Part shown: positions 1 to 13,172 of the stretch, piece by piece
Layout of the letters: each line of letters opens with the position of its first letter
How positions within the stretch are numbered: position 1 is the first letter of the stretch
Assembly (NCBI RefSeq): GCF_006345805.1
Contig: NC_043009.1
Coordinates: 1,488,001 to 1,552,000 of the forward strand
DNA from: Octopus sinensis
Lineage: Eukaryota
DNA length: 64,000 bases
Reading direction: 5' to 3'
Translations under genes and position numbers: made by a program
The notes under the pieces: model-generated
Told to the model about the DNA's origin: nothing
What the model saw: the letters and a program-made list of their open reading frames with translations, nothing else
Databases searched by the model: none

Positions 1-62
1 CAAACAGCATGATATAATGTGTGTCTGTATGTGTGTGTGTGGTGTGTCTCTCTCTCTCTGAA

Positions 63-220
63 TAGGCGTGGCTGTGTGTTAAGTAGCTTGCTTAACAACC
101 ACATGGTTCTGGGTTCAGTCCCACTGCATGGCACCTTGGGCAAGTGTCTTCTACTATAGCTTCAGACTGACCAAAGCCTTGTGAGTGGATTTGGTAGATG
201 GAAACTGAAAGAAGCCTGTC
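63..220 (+). mobile_element. tRNA-derived SINE (family A), 5' half
   Basis: A-box-like GTGGCTGTGTGTT, B-box-like GGGTTCAGTCCC, then CCTTGGGCAAGTGTCTT...GGAAACTGAAAGAAGCC. The same sequence recurs more than 25 times in the window. Confidence 0.85.
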
Positions 221-222
221 AC

Positions 223-253
<31 letters not shown>

Positions 254-427
254 TATATATACATGCATATATATACACATATATATATACACACATATAT
301 ATACACACATATATATACACATATATATATACACGCATATATATATACACGCATATATATATATACACACATATATATATACACGCATATATATATACAC
401 ACATATATATATGTATATATATATATG
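221..427. repeat. compound (TA)n/(CA)n microsatellite
   Basis: Direct reading; source of the spurious YI-rich ORFs. Confidence 0.95.
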
Positions 428-870
428 CCTCATGGAAGTGATGACTAGTGACAGAGACTTTTGGTGATACGCTGTACCTGAGAGGATTCATGAAGCCAAC
501 TGAAATCGTAGTCAAGACTGTTGTTGATGGCACCCATGAAATTGTAATTGTAGCCAGTGGTGGTAGGATGGTCTTCAAATATTGGACCTGATGGAGGTGA
601 GGAACGAGGTGCTGAAGCATGAACTTTTAATGTTAAGCCTCACATGAGGTGATGCCAAATGACCGAGACCAGACCATAACAACACACTGTGCTTGAGAAA
701 ACTTGTCAAGCCAAGCAAAACTGTAGTTGTGACCATTGCCCGTGTCACATAAATGGCACCCATGCCAGTGGCACATAAAAAGCACCCATCACACTCTTGG
801 ATTGGTTGGTGTTAAGAAGAGCATCCAGCCATAGAAACCATGCCAAATCAGACTGGAACCTGGGGCAGCC
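428..870 (+). mobile_element. RTEX-like LINE 3' fragment (ORF end plus 3' UTR)
   Basis: Encodes [10 protein letters not shown], matching EEMTRDRDLW at the end of the 46.7-48 kb LINE ORF. It carries the same 3' UTR motif GTGGCACATAAAAAGCACC...AAGAGCATCCAGC. Confidence 0.75.
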
Positions 871-986
871 ATAGTGCTGTGGTCAATTCATTCAACTAAA
901 ATTTTGCAAGGTGGTGCCCCAGCATGGTCGTAGTGTAACTACTGAAACAAGAAAAGGATAAGAGACAAACATAGACACACGTGTGT

Positions 987-1190
987 TAAGACAGAGAGTT
1001 GGCAGAATCATTAGAGCGACAGGAAAAAACGTTTTGCGGTATTTGTCTTGGATCTTAATGTTCTGAGTTCAAACTCTGCCAAGGTCAACTTTGCCTTCCG
1101 TTCTTCCAGGGGTCAATAAAATAAAATATCAGTTAAGTCCTGCGGTCAAAGGTGTCAACTGATTCACTTCCTTCAAACCTGCTGGCCTTA
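987..1190 (+). mobile_element. tRNA-derived SINE (family B), degraded
   Basis: Matches the reverse complement of the intact copy at 21386-21619 (GTTCTGAGTTCAAA...AAGGTCAACTTTGCCTT). Confidence 0.7.
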
Positions 1191-1282
1191 GGCTTCAATT
1201 AAAATATATAAACACACACACACACACACAACAGAGAAAAAAAGGTGATTGTATGTGTGTGTGTGTGTGTGTATATATATAT

Positions 1283-1635
1283 ACTTTTATTCTTTAATTG
1301 GTTTCGGTCATGTGACTGTGGTCATGCTGGAGCGCTGCCTTTAGTTGAATAAATCAACCCCAGGACTTATTCTTAGCAAGCCTAGTACTTATTCTATTGA
1401 TATCTTTTGCCGAACCACTACCAACATCAGTTATCAAGCGATGGGGGTAGGGACAAACACATACACACACATATATATATACGATGGGCTTCTTTCAGTT
1501 TCTGTCTACCACATCCACTCACAAAGCTTTTGTCGACCCGAGGCTATAGTAGAAGACAATTGCTCAAGGTGCCTTGCAGTGGGACTGAACCCAGAACCAA
1601 GTGGTTGGGAAGCAAGCTTCTTACCACGTAACCAC
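1283..1635 (-). mobile_element. SINE family A with internal microsatellite
   Basis: Reverse complement of the family A consensus, both halves present. Confidence 0.85.
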
Positions 1636-1656
1636 TTGTGCTGGCAGGCAGGCAGA

Positions 1657-1667
1657 TAGATGGATAG

Positions 1668-1705
<38 letters not shown>

Positions 1706-1744
1706 ATAATAGATAGATAGATAGATAGATAGATAGGTAAATAA

Positions 1745-1776
<32 letters not shown>

Positions 1777-1795
1777 GTAAATAAATAGATAGATA
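1657..1795. repeat. (GATA)n array with GGTAAATAAATA variant units
   Basis: Direct reading. Confidence 0.95.
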
Positions 1796-3096
1796 TGTTT
1801 CTTTATTAGCCACACAGGGCTGCCACAGATAGAACAATTACAAGGTAGAGCGCTTTTCTTTTGAAGGTTTAAAAAAAAAAAAAAAAAAAAAGGACGGGGG
1901 AGTTTCGATCAAAAGGGATCGTAAAAGGAGAGAAAGAGGACAAAAAAAGGGGGTTAAAAAAAAGGGGGGGTTAAAAAAAAGGGGGAGAGGAAAAAAAAAA
2001 AATTGATCAATAGGATCGTTATCACAGAAATGTCAATATGAAGTGTAAAGGGGGAGGACAGGTGAGGTTACCCGTGGAAAGAAAAGCCTACGGAAAAGAC
2101 CACGGTAACCTCGGTCAATGAAGTCACATTTTATATTTCTTTTTTTTTTTTTTTTTTTTTTGCAAATAAGCAACTCTCTGTTTTCGATTTCTGGGTTCAT
2201 AGGACTATGCTCAAGGTGGCTTTCGTCATTCATACGTGCCATTCTTGCTACATTCACCCATCTTTTTTTTAAAACATTCGCTAGACAAACTTGCCTCTCT
2301 ACTCTCACTTTCCTTTTCAAGTGGTACTTGAAGAAGTTGATGAGAGATTGACCAGAGAGGAAGTGTTTGTCTCCAATCCTTTCAGACGCGTCCACCAGAT
2401 ACATTCTTTCGCCATAGCCACAAGGATGATGAAAATAGCTCTTCCTTCCCGTTTGAAGGAAGGAGGCGTGACAATATTGACGATAGACTCCTGATAAACC
2501 GACTCGTCCAACACGTGACAGCAGTTGTTTCGACATAAGCCCACAGGTCGGAAATTGTTGGACACTGAACGAGTGCGTGCAGAACGGTTTCGTCGCTCTG
2601 ACCGCATCTCGGGCAGGTCGGCCCCGTGTTTTCTCGAGCCGTGTCTGTAGAGCTTATCCCGAACGGGTAGCGCTTCTCGTTAGCACTGCCAGGCCAGGGA
2701 TCTCTGGAAGTTGTCCATGGGCCCTGGCCGAAAGTCGTCCGAACAGGCGGGTCAGGTACTCCTCGTCGACGTCCAGGTTCGCCCCGAGCTCGTCGTCGTA
2801 CCTCCCCTCCACTAAACCCCCTATAGAATGCTTTGGTTGTGTTGAAGTCACTTAAGGTCGACCCAGGACGGCAGAGTTGCTTGAGAGCAACGCGACACTC
2901 ACGGTGCCATTCGCCCTTCCTCGGCCTCTTTTTGATCCACGACTGCAGTTCGGTCATGGAGACGAGCTGCGGGAAAGCGTGCCTCACAAACGGCGACCAC
3001 ACCTGTTCACCGTCGTCTACATAGAGCCAGAGATGTCGCAGTCTCAGCGCGTGTCTGCGCATCATCAACCACGGCATGCCCAGCCCTCCTTTTAAC
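1796..3096 (-). mobile_element. Tx1/L1-clade non-LTR retrotransposon, 5'-truncated 3' end (frameshifted)
   Basis: Minus-strand ORF 2382-3077 contains the C-terminal CCHC knuckle CPRCGQSDETVLHALVQCP typical of L1/Tx1 ORF2. A 3' UTR with homopolymer runs follows, with AATAAA at 1807-1802 running into (TATC)n. Confidence 0.8.
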
Positions 3097-3259
3097 GAGA
3101 TAGATAGATAGATAGATAGATAGGTAAATAAATAGATAGACAGATAGATAGATAGATAGATAGATAGGTAAATAAATAGATAGATAGATAGATAGATAGA
3201 TAGGTAAATAAATAGATAGATAGATAGGTAAATAAATAGATAGATAGATAGGTAAATAA

Positions 3260-3291
<32 letters not shown>

Positions 3292-3347
3292 GTAAATAAA
3301 TAGATAGATAGATAGGTAAATAAATAGATAGATAGATAGGTAAATAA

Positions 3348-3400
<53 letters not shown>

Positions 3401-3410
3401 TAGACAGATC
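3097..3410. repeat. (GATA)n/(GACA)n array with the same variant units as 1657-1795
   Basis: Direct reading. Confidence 0.95.
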
Positions 3411-3672
3411 GACGTGTATATTGTATATGTGAGTATGTGTGGTTGGATAGATTGAAAAATTGAGAGCAGAAAGAAAAGAGAAAAAGGTAATGAGAAACAG
3501 AAAGATAGAAAGTTATATGATAGGAAAGAGAGGGAGAAAAGAGGGGGAGAAAGAGGAGGTAAGAGATCAAAGAGAGGGAAAGAGAGGGAAACAAAAAACT
3601 GTTGAGAAAGAGAGAGACATATCTAGAGGGAGAGAGAACTGAGAGATTCTGTGTGTCTGAGTGTGTGAAACA

Positions 3673-3707
<35 letters not shown>

Positions 3708-6316
3708 AGAGAGAGAGCAAGGGGGGAGGGGGAAAGAGAGAGGAATGTATTGAGAGAAGTGTGTAATTAGACGAAGAGGGAGAGGCACAGAGAGAGAGAG
3801 AGAGATGTAACTGGAAAGAGAGAGAAAGAGAAACAAAGAGATAAAGAGAGATACATTAACAGAGATAGGGATGTGTAATTAAGCAGAAAAAAAGAGAGAG
3901 AGACATGCAATTAGGCATAAGTTTGAGAGTGTGTGTATATGTAAATATATGTGAGTGTGTGTATGTGTGTGTGTGTATATATGTAAATGTGTGTGTGTGT
4001 GTGTGTGTGTTTTATATATATATATATATATATTATATATAAAGAACTATTCAAATAGACAGAGAAGTGATTGAGAGAGAGAGAGATGGAAGAGAGAGAA
4101 GTAAGAGATCTACAGAAAGAAGAATGAGAGAGATCTACAGACAAGTTCTTCCCCCTTCAGCTCTCTCTCTCTCTCTCTCCCACTGCAGGGTTCCTGTTCT
4201 ATCAACAGGAATCAGGGAAACCAACAGACAGAATTTCCATTTCTGGCCAGTCTGGGGTAAAGGGGAGTGGCTGGGGCTAAGTGGTGGTGGTGGTGGTGGT
4301 GGTGGTCATGGTAGTAATAATGCCGGAGGTGGTTTGGGTCGTGGTGGTGGTTGTCTGTAGAAGGTGATGGGCATATTGTATTGGTGATGGTGTTGGTGAT
4401 GGTGTTGGTAGTGATGATAGCAAATGATGGTGGTGGTGGTGGTGGTGGTGATGATGCTGATGGTGGTCATGGTGATTTATTGATGGTATGCTTGGCAGAG
4501 ATAGTGATGATGATGATGATGGTATTGATAATGATATTACTGTTGTTGTTTATCTCTGAGGGAATAGATTTATGACCAAAGACAATCCAGATGTGGCTAT
4601 TCCATAATTTTTATAAGACAGCATAATTTGATTTGAGGGAAAATATAGTTGCTATTTCTTATAGCTAAATCATCAACACAAATACCCCCTTGTTGGTTCC
4701 ATGGTTAGCATGATGGAGATGGTGGCGTTGAAGGCAGCAGAATCCATGGCGGTTGGTGGCGGCAGTGAGGGATGTGGGTGGTGTTTGCAATGGTGGTGGT
4801 GGTGGCAGTGATGAGGGTGGAGTGGGAAAAAAATCTATGTGGTTGGTTATGTTACTGAGAAATGTCAGTCTGAACAATTTACATTGCTAATTACACACCA
4901 AATGATTGTGTGTATATATGGGTGGTGGTGGTGGTGGTGGTGCTTAGAGTTGGGGAGTAATAACAAAAAACTTGTAGCTTGGTATTGGAGAGTAACAGCT
5001 GGTTGTGGTTGAAGGATTGTCCCCATCCTTTTTTTTTTCTAAGTTCCATCTTACCCCCACAGCATTTTCACTCATTCTTTTCTCGTCTATCTGTCTGTCT
5101 GTCTGTCTATGCATCCATCCAGTCATTTATCCATCTCTGCAACTATCTGTACATCTGTCTGTATCTGTATATATATTTATATCTATCTATACATCTATTT
5201 ATAGCTATATATCTCTTCATCCATCTATCTACCACATTTTTTGTTTTCCTCCCTTTCTGTTTACCTACCCATCTATCTACCAACCTATCCTCCAATCAAT
5301 ATCTACCCAACTATTATCTACATACCCATCCAGCTACCTACTGATCTACCTATCTACCCACCCGTCTATCTGTCTGTCCCTGTTTTTCTATCTGTCTCTG
5401 TCTCTCCCTAACTATCACCATCTATTTATCTTTCTATCTACCCCTCTATCTATCTATCTATCTACATACCTACCTATCCATCCATCTAATACACACACAC
5501 ACACACCACAACAGCTGCTCTAGACAAGTTCTGCGAATTTCCACTGCCCCCTCCCTCGACGCACCCATCCCCGCTCTCTCATTAACACACTTTTGTTGCA
5601 CCTCCCCTTCATCCTCCCACCACTCTCCCTCCCTCTCATCCTCTTGCTGCAGTGCATGATGTCACCCTTGGTAAAGCAACCGCCCCACTATCAACAATGC
5701 ATCAATGTCACCACCTAAACAGTCAACCTCTGTTGCAGCTGACACTACAACACCTATACCACAATAAGCACCACCACCACCACCGCCATCACCACCCCTA
5801 TGGTGACGACCACCACAACCATCACCACTACTACTACTGTGACATGAAGTGATGTGGTGCAAAGATGGTTGGTCATCAGATTCAAATGCATTGCAGAATT
5901 TTGTTCCATCTGTCTGTAATCAAGCCCCATAACATTTGTTGATACCTTTCAGCTCTCAAAGTAGGGCCATATTAATACCCATAGAATTCCTAAGATCAGA
6001 CTGGAGCCTGGTGCTGCCATCTGGTTCGCCAGTCCTCACTCAAACTGTCCAACCCATGCCATGTATGGAAAGCGGAGGTTAAACGAGGATGATGATGATG
6101 ATGATCCAATGTTTGTGCTGTATGTTATCTCACTCTCTCTCCGGCACAAAGATGTTACCTGAACAGGTCATGGTGTATCACGTGTCAAGTGTTGAAGTGA
6201 TTGCAAAGCAATGTGAGATGAAGGGTTTTGCTCAAGAACACAATGAAATGAAATCATGATCCTTGGATCATGAGTGTGACATCCTAACCACTAAACCACA
6301 TGCTCTCAGTGCCTTA

Positions 6317-6344
<28 letters not shown>

Positions 6345-6356
<12 letters not shown>

Positions 6357-6860
6357 TAGTTTCAAATTTTGCCACAAGGGCAGCCATTTTGGGGGAGGAG
6401 ATGAGTTGATTTTATCGATCCCATTGTTCAACTGGTACTTAATTTATCGACCCCGAAAAAGATGAAACGTAAAGTCAACCTCAGAATTATAGTTGAAAAT
6501 TTTGGCACAAGGCTCCAATTTTTTTTTTTGGGGGGGGTGGGGTATAAGTCAATTAAATTGAGTCCAGTGAACAACTGGTACTTATTTTATTAACCCTGAA
6601 AGGATGAAAGACAAAGTCGACCTCAGTGGAATTTGAACTCGGAACATAAAGATGAACAAAACTTTCTGATTTGGGCACAAGGTCAACAATTTTGAGGGAA
6701 GGGGCTAATCAATACCACCACCTTCAGTACTTGACTGATACTTTATTTTATCAACCCTGGAGGAATGAAAGACAAAATTGACTTCAATAAGATTTGAACT
6801 TGGAACATAAAAAAGATGAAACAATTACTGCCAGGCATTTTCCTGATTCTTGAAAAATTC
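6345..6860 (-). mobile_element. cluster of about three SINE family B fragments
   Basis: Repeated CAACTGGTACTTA(A/T)TTTATCGACCCCGAAA..GATGAAA..CAAAGTCGACCTC motif. Confidence 0.75.
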
Positions 6861-6984
6861 TACAAATCTTCTGCTCTTTAATAATCGTTTAACCCTTTTC
6901 TGCATTTGGATTATTCTGTCAAATTTAATCCTTATTTATTCCTTTATCCTGGATTATCTCTTGGCTTTGAGATTTCAATGACAT

Positions 6985-7366
6985 ACTCTTTTACTTGTTT
7001 CAGTCATTTGACTGCAGCCATGCTGGAGCACTGCCTTTAGTCGAGCAAATTGACCCTAGGGCTTATTCTTTGCAAGCCTAGTACTTATTCTATCGGTCTC
7101 TTTTGCCGAACTGCTAAGCTATGGGGACGTAGACACACCAGCATCGGTTGTCAAGTGATGTTGGGAAGACAAACACAGACACACAAACACACATATATAT
7201 ATATATAATATATATATACGATGAACTTCTTTCAGTTTCCATCTACCAAGTCCACTCACAAGGGTTTGGTCGGCCTGAGGCTATAGAAGAAGACACTTGC
7301 CCAAGGTGCTACACAGTGGGACTGAACCCGGAACCATGTGGTTGGTAAGCAAGCTACTTACCACTC
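6985..7366 (-). mobile_element. SINE family A
   Basis: Near full-length match to the 23133-23526 copy in reverse. Confidence 0.85.
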
Positions 7367-7994
7367 AAGGGTAAGTTAATTAAATGGAACTCAGTACTTA
7401 AGTGGTACTTTGTCTTATATGACCTTGGTGGGATTTGAACTCAACATAAAGTCTCAAAGCAAATACCGCAAAGATTGACCAACGGACATGCTAACGAGTC
7501 TACCGAAATAATAATTGCTTTTATTACCATAAAGACAATGAATGGAGAAGGAACATATGACATTACAAAGAAATAAAACACTGGCAGTCGGCCACAAATA
7601 TATCGGTGAAGAGCTTAGTGAATAAAACCGACTTCTAACTACTTTGATTTGTGCTAATGTTATTGATTCTGGAGAGATGAAAGACAAAAATCAGCATGAA
7701 CCCCAGTGGGGATTGAACCCAGAACTGAAATGAGTGAATCGAAATGCTGCAAGGTGGTGTTTACTGACATGGAGACTGGCTGTTTGGGTGATGGAATTGA
7801 CGTGTTGCTGATGAGGCTGTATTGAGGATGACAAAATGAGTTGCAATAAAAGGATAAGAGAGAGTGGGGGGAGTATGAGGAACTGGAGGAGGAGCAACGA
7901 CAATAAGATTATGGAGAGGGAGGGAGGGAGGGAGGTGGATGCATTGAGGGAAGAGAGGAAACTCATAGATTCTGTCTAGAACAGCAGAATGATT

Positions 7995-8375
7995 ATGGAT
8001 ATAGACAGAGAGAGAGAGAGATAAGTTGATGAGATGAGAGGTAGACAGACAAGTAGAAAGATAGATAGACAGATAGATAGACAAGTAGAAAGACAGACAA
8101 GTAGAAAGATAGACAAGTAGAAAGACAGACAAGTAGAAAGACAGACAAGTAGAAAGATAGACAAGTAGAAAGATAGATAGATAGATAGATAGAAAGATAG
8201 ACAAGTAGATAAGTGGAGAGATAGATGGTAAATTGGTAGATAGATAGACAAGTAGATACATGGTAGATAGATAGTAAGGAGATCGATAGACAGATAGCTA
8301 GACAAGTAGATAAGTAGAGAGTTAGATTGGTAGATAGATGATAGATAGATAGATAGTAGAGAGATAGATAGATTA
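7995..8375. repeat. GATA-derived minisatellite (about ACAAGTAGAAAGATAG units)
   Basis: Repeated AGACAAGTAGAAAGA(T/C)AG units embedded in GATA repeats. Confidence 0.85.
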
Positions 8376-8567
8376 GTATTTGTTCTGGCTCTCTGCATTG
8401 CAAGTTCAAATTCTGCTGTAGTCAGCTTTACTTTACATCCTCTTGTGGATTGACAAACAAGGTATCGGCCAAGTACTTGTCGCTGATTCTTTCTTTATCT
8501 CTCCTTTCAGAATTACTCATAATATAGCACGTATATGATTTTATGCATTTGGGTTTATCTTCAAATT

Positions 8568-8754
8568 TTAACCCTTTAATATTCAGATTATTCTGTTAAA
8601 TGAAATGCTTATTTATCTCAGTTTGGGGAATTCGATGATGTGATCGTTTATTTTAGACATTGCAGAGTAGGTGTGAGAGGCCAAATTTGGACATTTCAAT
8701 CATAAAACAGAATATTTGGCCCAGATATGATCTGTTTAAATGCTAAAGGTTGAA
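8568..8754. mobile_element. MITE with TTAACCCTTTA...TGCTAAAGG(G)TTAA ends (piggyBac-like termini)
   Basis: Inverted termini including TTAA. A second copy lies at 21706-21933, with related pieces near 6890 and 31380-31570. Confidence 0.6.
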
Positions 8755-9247
8755 TTAGATGTCCAGAAGTCAGAAGAAACAGTAAATTCGATATGTAGAA
8801 TAGAACTCCACAATACACTTATGACTGTCCATATGTGTGTGTGTGTGTGGTGTGTGTGTGTGTGTGTGTGTGCATGAGTACATTTGAGTGTGTGTGTTGT
8901 TTAGGTGCATGTATGGGATCTTATGAGCAAGTATTAAAAATCACAAATAAAAATGGTTGTTTGTGAGTGCATGTTTGTGTGTGTATATGTATGTATCCGA
9001 GTGTGTATCTGAATATACATGTGTGTATATGCATGTATGCATGCAAGACACACAATATTTTTTTCTTGCTATTCCAGTTTGTAAATCCTTTCACCCACAC
9101 CCACACACAAATTCCCTTCTATTATTTCTTTATCTCTTTTATGCTTACCAAATGCTCTTTATTTGTCTTTTGTATGACACTGGCAGATATATAGATATAT
9201 CGGATAATTTGAAAATTACATAAAATTTTCAACTATTTATATATAAG

Positions 9248-9293
<46 letters not shown>

Positions 9294-9489
9294 CGTGCAT
9301 GCACACACATTCACACAGAGAACACGTAATTCATGTTACTTTCATATGCATATCATAGCTATCATGTGTGGGTGTGAGTGCCAGCATATACATACATATG
9401 TACATACATACATACACACACACATGTGTATGTATGATATATATATGTGTGTGTATGTATATATATATATATAAACACAGGCAAGTATA

Positions 9490-9599
9490 TTCATATTCAA
9501 ATAGGTGAGGCTCAATGTAAATAACGATAAACTATATTTATCAGTATGTATGTGTGTGTGTGGGTGTGTGGGTGAGTGTATATATATATATTATATATA

Positions 9600-9642
<43 letters not shown>

Positions 9643-9767
9643 CATATATATATGAGAAGAGAAGCTTATATTAGCTATTATTTATAAAATGTAGGCTGAG
9701 ATATAAGATATATTCACAGATATAAATTATACTTGTTTACACAGAGCCTCACCTATTTGAATATGAA
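9490..9767. mobile_element. MITE with 24-bp perfect TIRs
   Basis: TTCATATTCAAATAGGTGAGGCTC at 9490 and its exact reverse complement ending at 9767. Imperfect pairing extends about 30 bp further; internal (TA)n. Confidence 0.7.
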
Positions 9768-10139
9768 CATAAAGACTTATGTATATGTGTGTGTATATGC
9801 ACACACATTTGTGCACAAAGTAGGGTATTCAAATTTATTTGCTTATTTTTATTGGGTCGTGCTGATGTGTCTGGGATTTTATTCCAGGCCACTACAAACC
9901 TGCCCTGATTAAAACCCATCCCCTAAAAGTCCCGTCACCCACTGCTTCAACTTCTGCCTCTTCAATTATTTCAGTCAACTTAGGGCTGCCATTCTTTCTT
10001 ACTAGTAATATCATAATGACCCTCATTATCGTTATCACCTCTACCACCACCACCAACCCTACAGGGTCCAGTAACACAAGTAACACCATCACCTTTCCCA
10101 GCACCACCATTACTCTCTTGCTACCATTAGCATACTGGA

Positions 10140-10184
<45 letters not shown>

Positions 10185-10592
10185 TGCTTTTATTCTTTTT
10201 ATGTTTCAGCTATTTGACTACGACCATACTGGAGCTCTACATTTTTGTTGAGGAAATCAACCCCAGAACTTATTCTTTGTAAGCCTAGTACTTATTCTAT
10301 CGGTCTCTTTTGCTGAACTGCTAAGTCTGGGGATGTAAACACACCAACATCGGTTTTCAAGTGATGGTGGGGGGACAAACAAAGGCACACAAATATTATA
10401 TATATATATATATATATACACACACATATAGATATGACAGGTTCAGTCCTTTAGTTTCCGTCAACCAAATCCACTCACAAGGCTTTGGTCGGCCCCAAGG
10501 GTATAATAGAAGACACTTGTCCAAAGTACCAGACAGTGGGACTGAACCCGGAACCATGTGGTTGGGAAGCAAGCTTCTTACCGCACAGCCAG
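10185..10592 (-). mobile_element. SINE family A
   Basis: Both halves, with internal (TA)n. Confidence 0.85.
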
Positions 10593-11234
10593 TCATAAAA
10601 GAACAGAGAAATAGTTAAATGAAATTTCACTGAACACACCATTCAAATATCACAAATTGTTTCGTAACTTAAAAGCATGTAAATATTATATATTATTATA
10701 TTTGATAATAAATACACTCCTTATCATTTTCAGAAATTGAAAGAAGTCTGTCGTATATATATATGTGTGTGTGTGTGTGTGTTTCCCCCACCCCCACCAT
10801 CGCAGACAACCAATGCTGGTGTGTTTACATCCCTGTACCCAATAGAATAAGGCATACAAAGAATAAGTCCTGGGCTTGATTTGTTTGACTAAATGGCAGT
10901 GCTCCAGCAAGGCTCCAGTCAAAATGACTGAAACAAATAAAAGAATATATTCATATATATTCTTTTATTCTTTTACTTGTTTCAATCATTTGACTGCAGC
11001 CATGCTGGAGCACCACCTTTAAATCCCACCCCCACATATATTAGTTACTTATTCTTAGTTTCCATTGATCAAATCCACTGTCAAAGCATTGGTTGACCCA
11101 GGCTAAAGTACAAGATGCTTACTCTGTTGGGACTGAACCTAAAACCATCTGATTTCAAAATGAGCTGTTTAACCACACACCCTTGCCTGCACCTATATCA
11201 GCATCATTGTTTTATCATCTACTTTCCTGTGCTT

Positions 11235-11745
11235 GTATAGGTCTGATAGACTGTGCTGAGGCAGATTGTCATGAAAACCGAAATGCATGTGCATCTTGTG
11301 GAGGTTATGGGTATAAAAATCAACTTGAACTGCATTCCTGGCATTCAGGTATGATCCGATTGATCAGCAGTGCCGGGAGAACAAGCTGTCACCCGATTGC
11401 AAGCAGGGCAGCATGCCCTAGTTGTTGTGAAAGCTTACCATGTCCATATCAAACCATCTATCACCTGCAACAGCGATACAGCACCACCAACAGTACTGCA
11501 GACTGTACCCAGAGAAGGTGCTCCCAGGTGACCAAGCCCAGGTAGGATCACTTCATCCACCTGCAACAACTCTGATCACTTCAGACCAGCCAGTGTAACA
11601 GCTCGCGAGACAATTGGCAATAGACAGCAACCATGGTATGACGGTGACTGGCCACCAACAACCTGCATTGCCATTGTCCTGCTTGAGGGCCTGTCCTCAC
11701 CACTTGCCACCATCAGGCACAACTAGTGGGCTACACAACACCGAC
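11235..11745 (+). mobile_element. degenerate Tc1-like transposase N-terminal (HTH) relic
   Basis: Frameshifted translation REQAVTRLQAGQHALVVVKAYHVH/QTIYHLQQRYSTTNSTADCTQRRCSQVTKPR*DHFIHLQQL../RPASVTARETIG resembles the Tc1 paired-like DNA-binding domain. Confidence 0.65.
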
Positions 11746-12018
11746 ATTCTTTTGCTGAACCACTCAGTGACGGGGACATAAGTACCCCAGCATCAGTTGT
11801 CAAGCAATGCTAGGGGGACAAACACATACACACAAACATATAAATACATATATACAATGGGCTTCTTTCAGTTTCAATCTACCAAATCAACTCACAAGGC
11901 TTTGGTCAGCCTGGGGCTATAGTAGAAGATACTTGCCCAAGATGCCACACAGTGGGACTGAACCCGGAACCATGTGGTTGGTAAGCAAGCTACTTACCAC
12001 ACAGCCACTCCTGCGCCT
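11746..12018 (-). mobile_element. SINE family A, 5' two-thirds
   Basis: Match to family consensus. Confidence 0.8.
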
Positions 12019-12369
12019 ATAGTAACATTCTGGTAAAAGACTTTATAATATATTAAAAAGTTGTTTTTTTTCAAATCACCTTTACACTTCAAAACTGTAT
12101 TAAGTAATTCTCATAGACTTTCAAATAAATATATTGTTTATATTTTATGTTGATATCTTAAGGTAGTTTTTAGACGTTGGCATCTTTTTCTGGCTTGTAG
12201 GCAACTTGTATACGTACTTGTTTGCCTTTGAAATATGTTTATAAATTGATTAATTCAGCCTTAACAGGTTGATTGCAGGCTAACTACCTGATAAAATATA
12301 ATATAGATTTTATCCAAAATTTTTATTATCTATATATATCATTGTTGTGGCTGATGATATGTTCACCTG

Positions 12370-12685
12370 ATTGGCCGGTGGCACATAAATAGCACTAATT
12401 GAATGTGGTCATTGCCAGTGCCGCCTAACTGACTCCCGTGTGCTGATGGCACATAAAAAACACCATTCAAGTGTGATTGATGCCACTACCACCTGACTGG
12501 CTCTCATGCCAGTGGCATGTAAAAAGCACCTGCTACACTCTCGGAGTGGTTGGTATTAGGAAGGGCATCCAGCTGTAGAATCTTTGCCAGATCAGATTGG
12601 AGCCTGGTGCACCCTTCTGTCTTGCCAGCCCTCAGTCAAACCGTCCAACCTATGCCAGCATGGAAGTGGATGTTAAACAATGATA
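12370..12685 (+). mobile_element. RTEX-like LINE 3' UTR-only copy
   Basis: GGCACATAAA motifs, GGAAGGGCATCCAGCTGTAGAA, ending GTTAAACAATGAT. Confidence 0.8.
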
Positions 12686-12729
12686 TATATATATATATAT
12701 ATATATGTGTAGGGGGAGAATTAACAAAA

Positions 12730-12900
12730 AAACAAAAGACGAAAACAGGTGGTGTAGACAACAAATAGATGTATTAGTATAACGATCGGGAATGAAAAAG
12801 TCTTTAACGTTTCCAGCTTACGCTCTTCCACAGAAAAGGAACACAGAAAGAAACAAGGAGAGAAAATAAAGAATGTGTAGTGGCTAGCGATCTATCATGG
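12730..12900 (-). repeat. dispersed repeat carrying a degenerate minimal hammerhead motif (12840-12801)
   Basis: Minus strand reads CCTTTT-CTGTGGA-A-GAGC-GTAA-GCTG-GAAACGTT-AAAGA. A homologous copy is on + at 17005-17145. Confidence 0.5.
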
Positions 12901-13074
12901 TGAATGTGTGTGTATATATATATATATATATTTATTAATAAATTTTAGGGTAGCAAAAAATTCTAGAAAAATTCTCCGCTACCAGCGGTCAAGTGAGAAG
13001 GGAAAAATAGTCAATAGACTATGTAATATACATTCAAACATATAAGGGATGGCCATAATAGGACATCCGACTCA

Positions 13075-13172
13075 CTAGAAAGAGCAGCCAAACTCCAAAC
13101 CACTAATAGTTGTAATTCTGAAATTTCAGAATTACAACTATTAGTGGTTTGGAGTTTGGCTGCTCTTTCTAG
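13075..13172. repeat. perfect 98-bp palindrome (2 x 49 bp, no spacer)
   Basis: CTAGAAAGAGCAGCC...TTCTGAAA|TTTCAGAA...GGCTGCTCTTTCTAG, checked base by base. Confidence 0.95.

Noticed and set aside
9892-10110. Minus-strand ORF (…RKNGSPKLTEIIEEAEVEAVGDG…) as a host exon
   Set aside because: Low-complexity flanks, no recognisable domain and no convincing splice sites.
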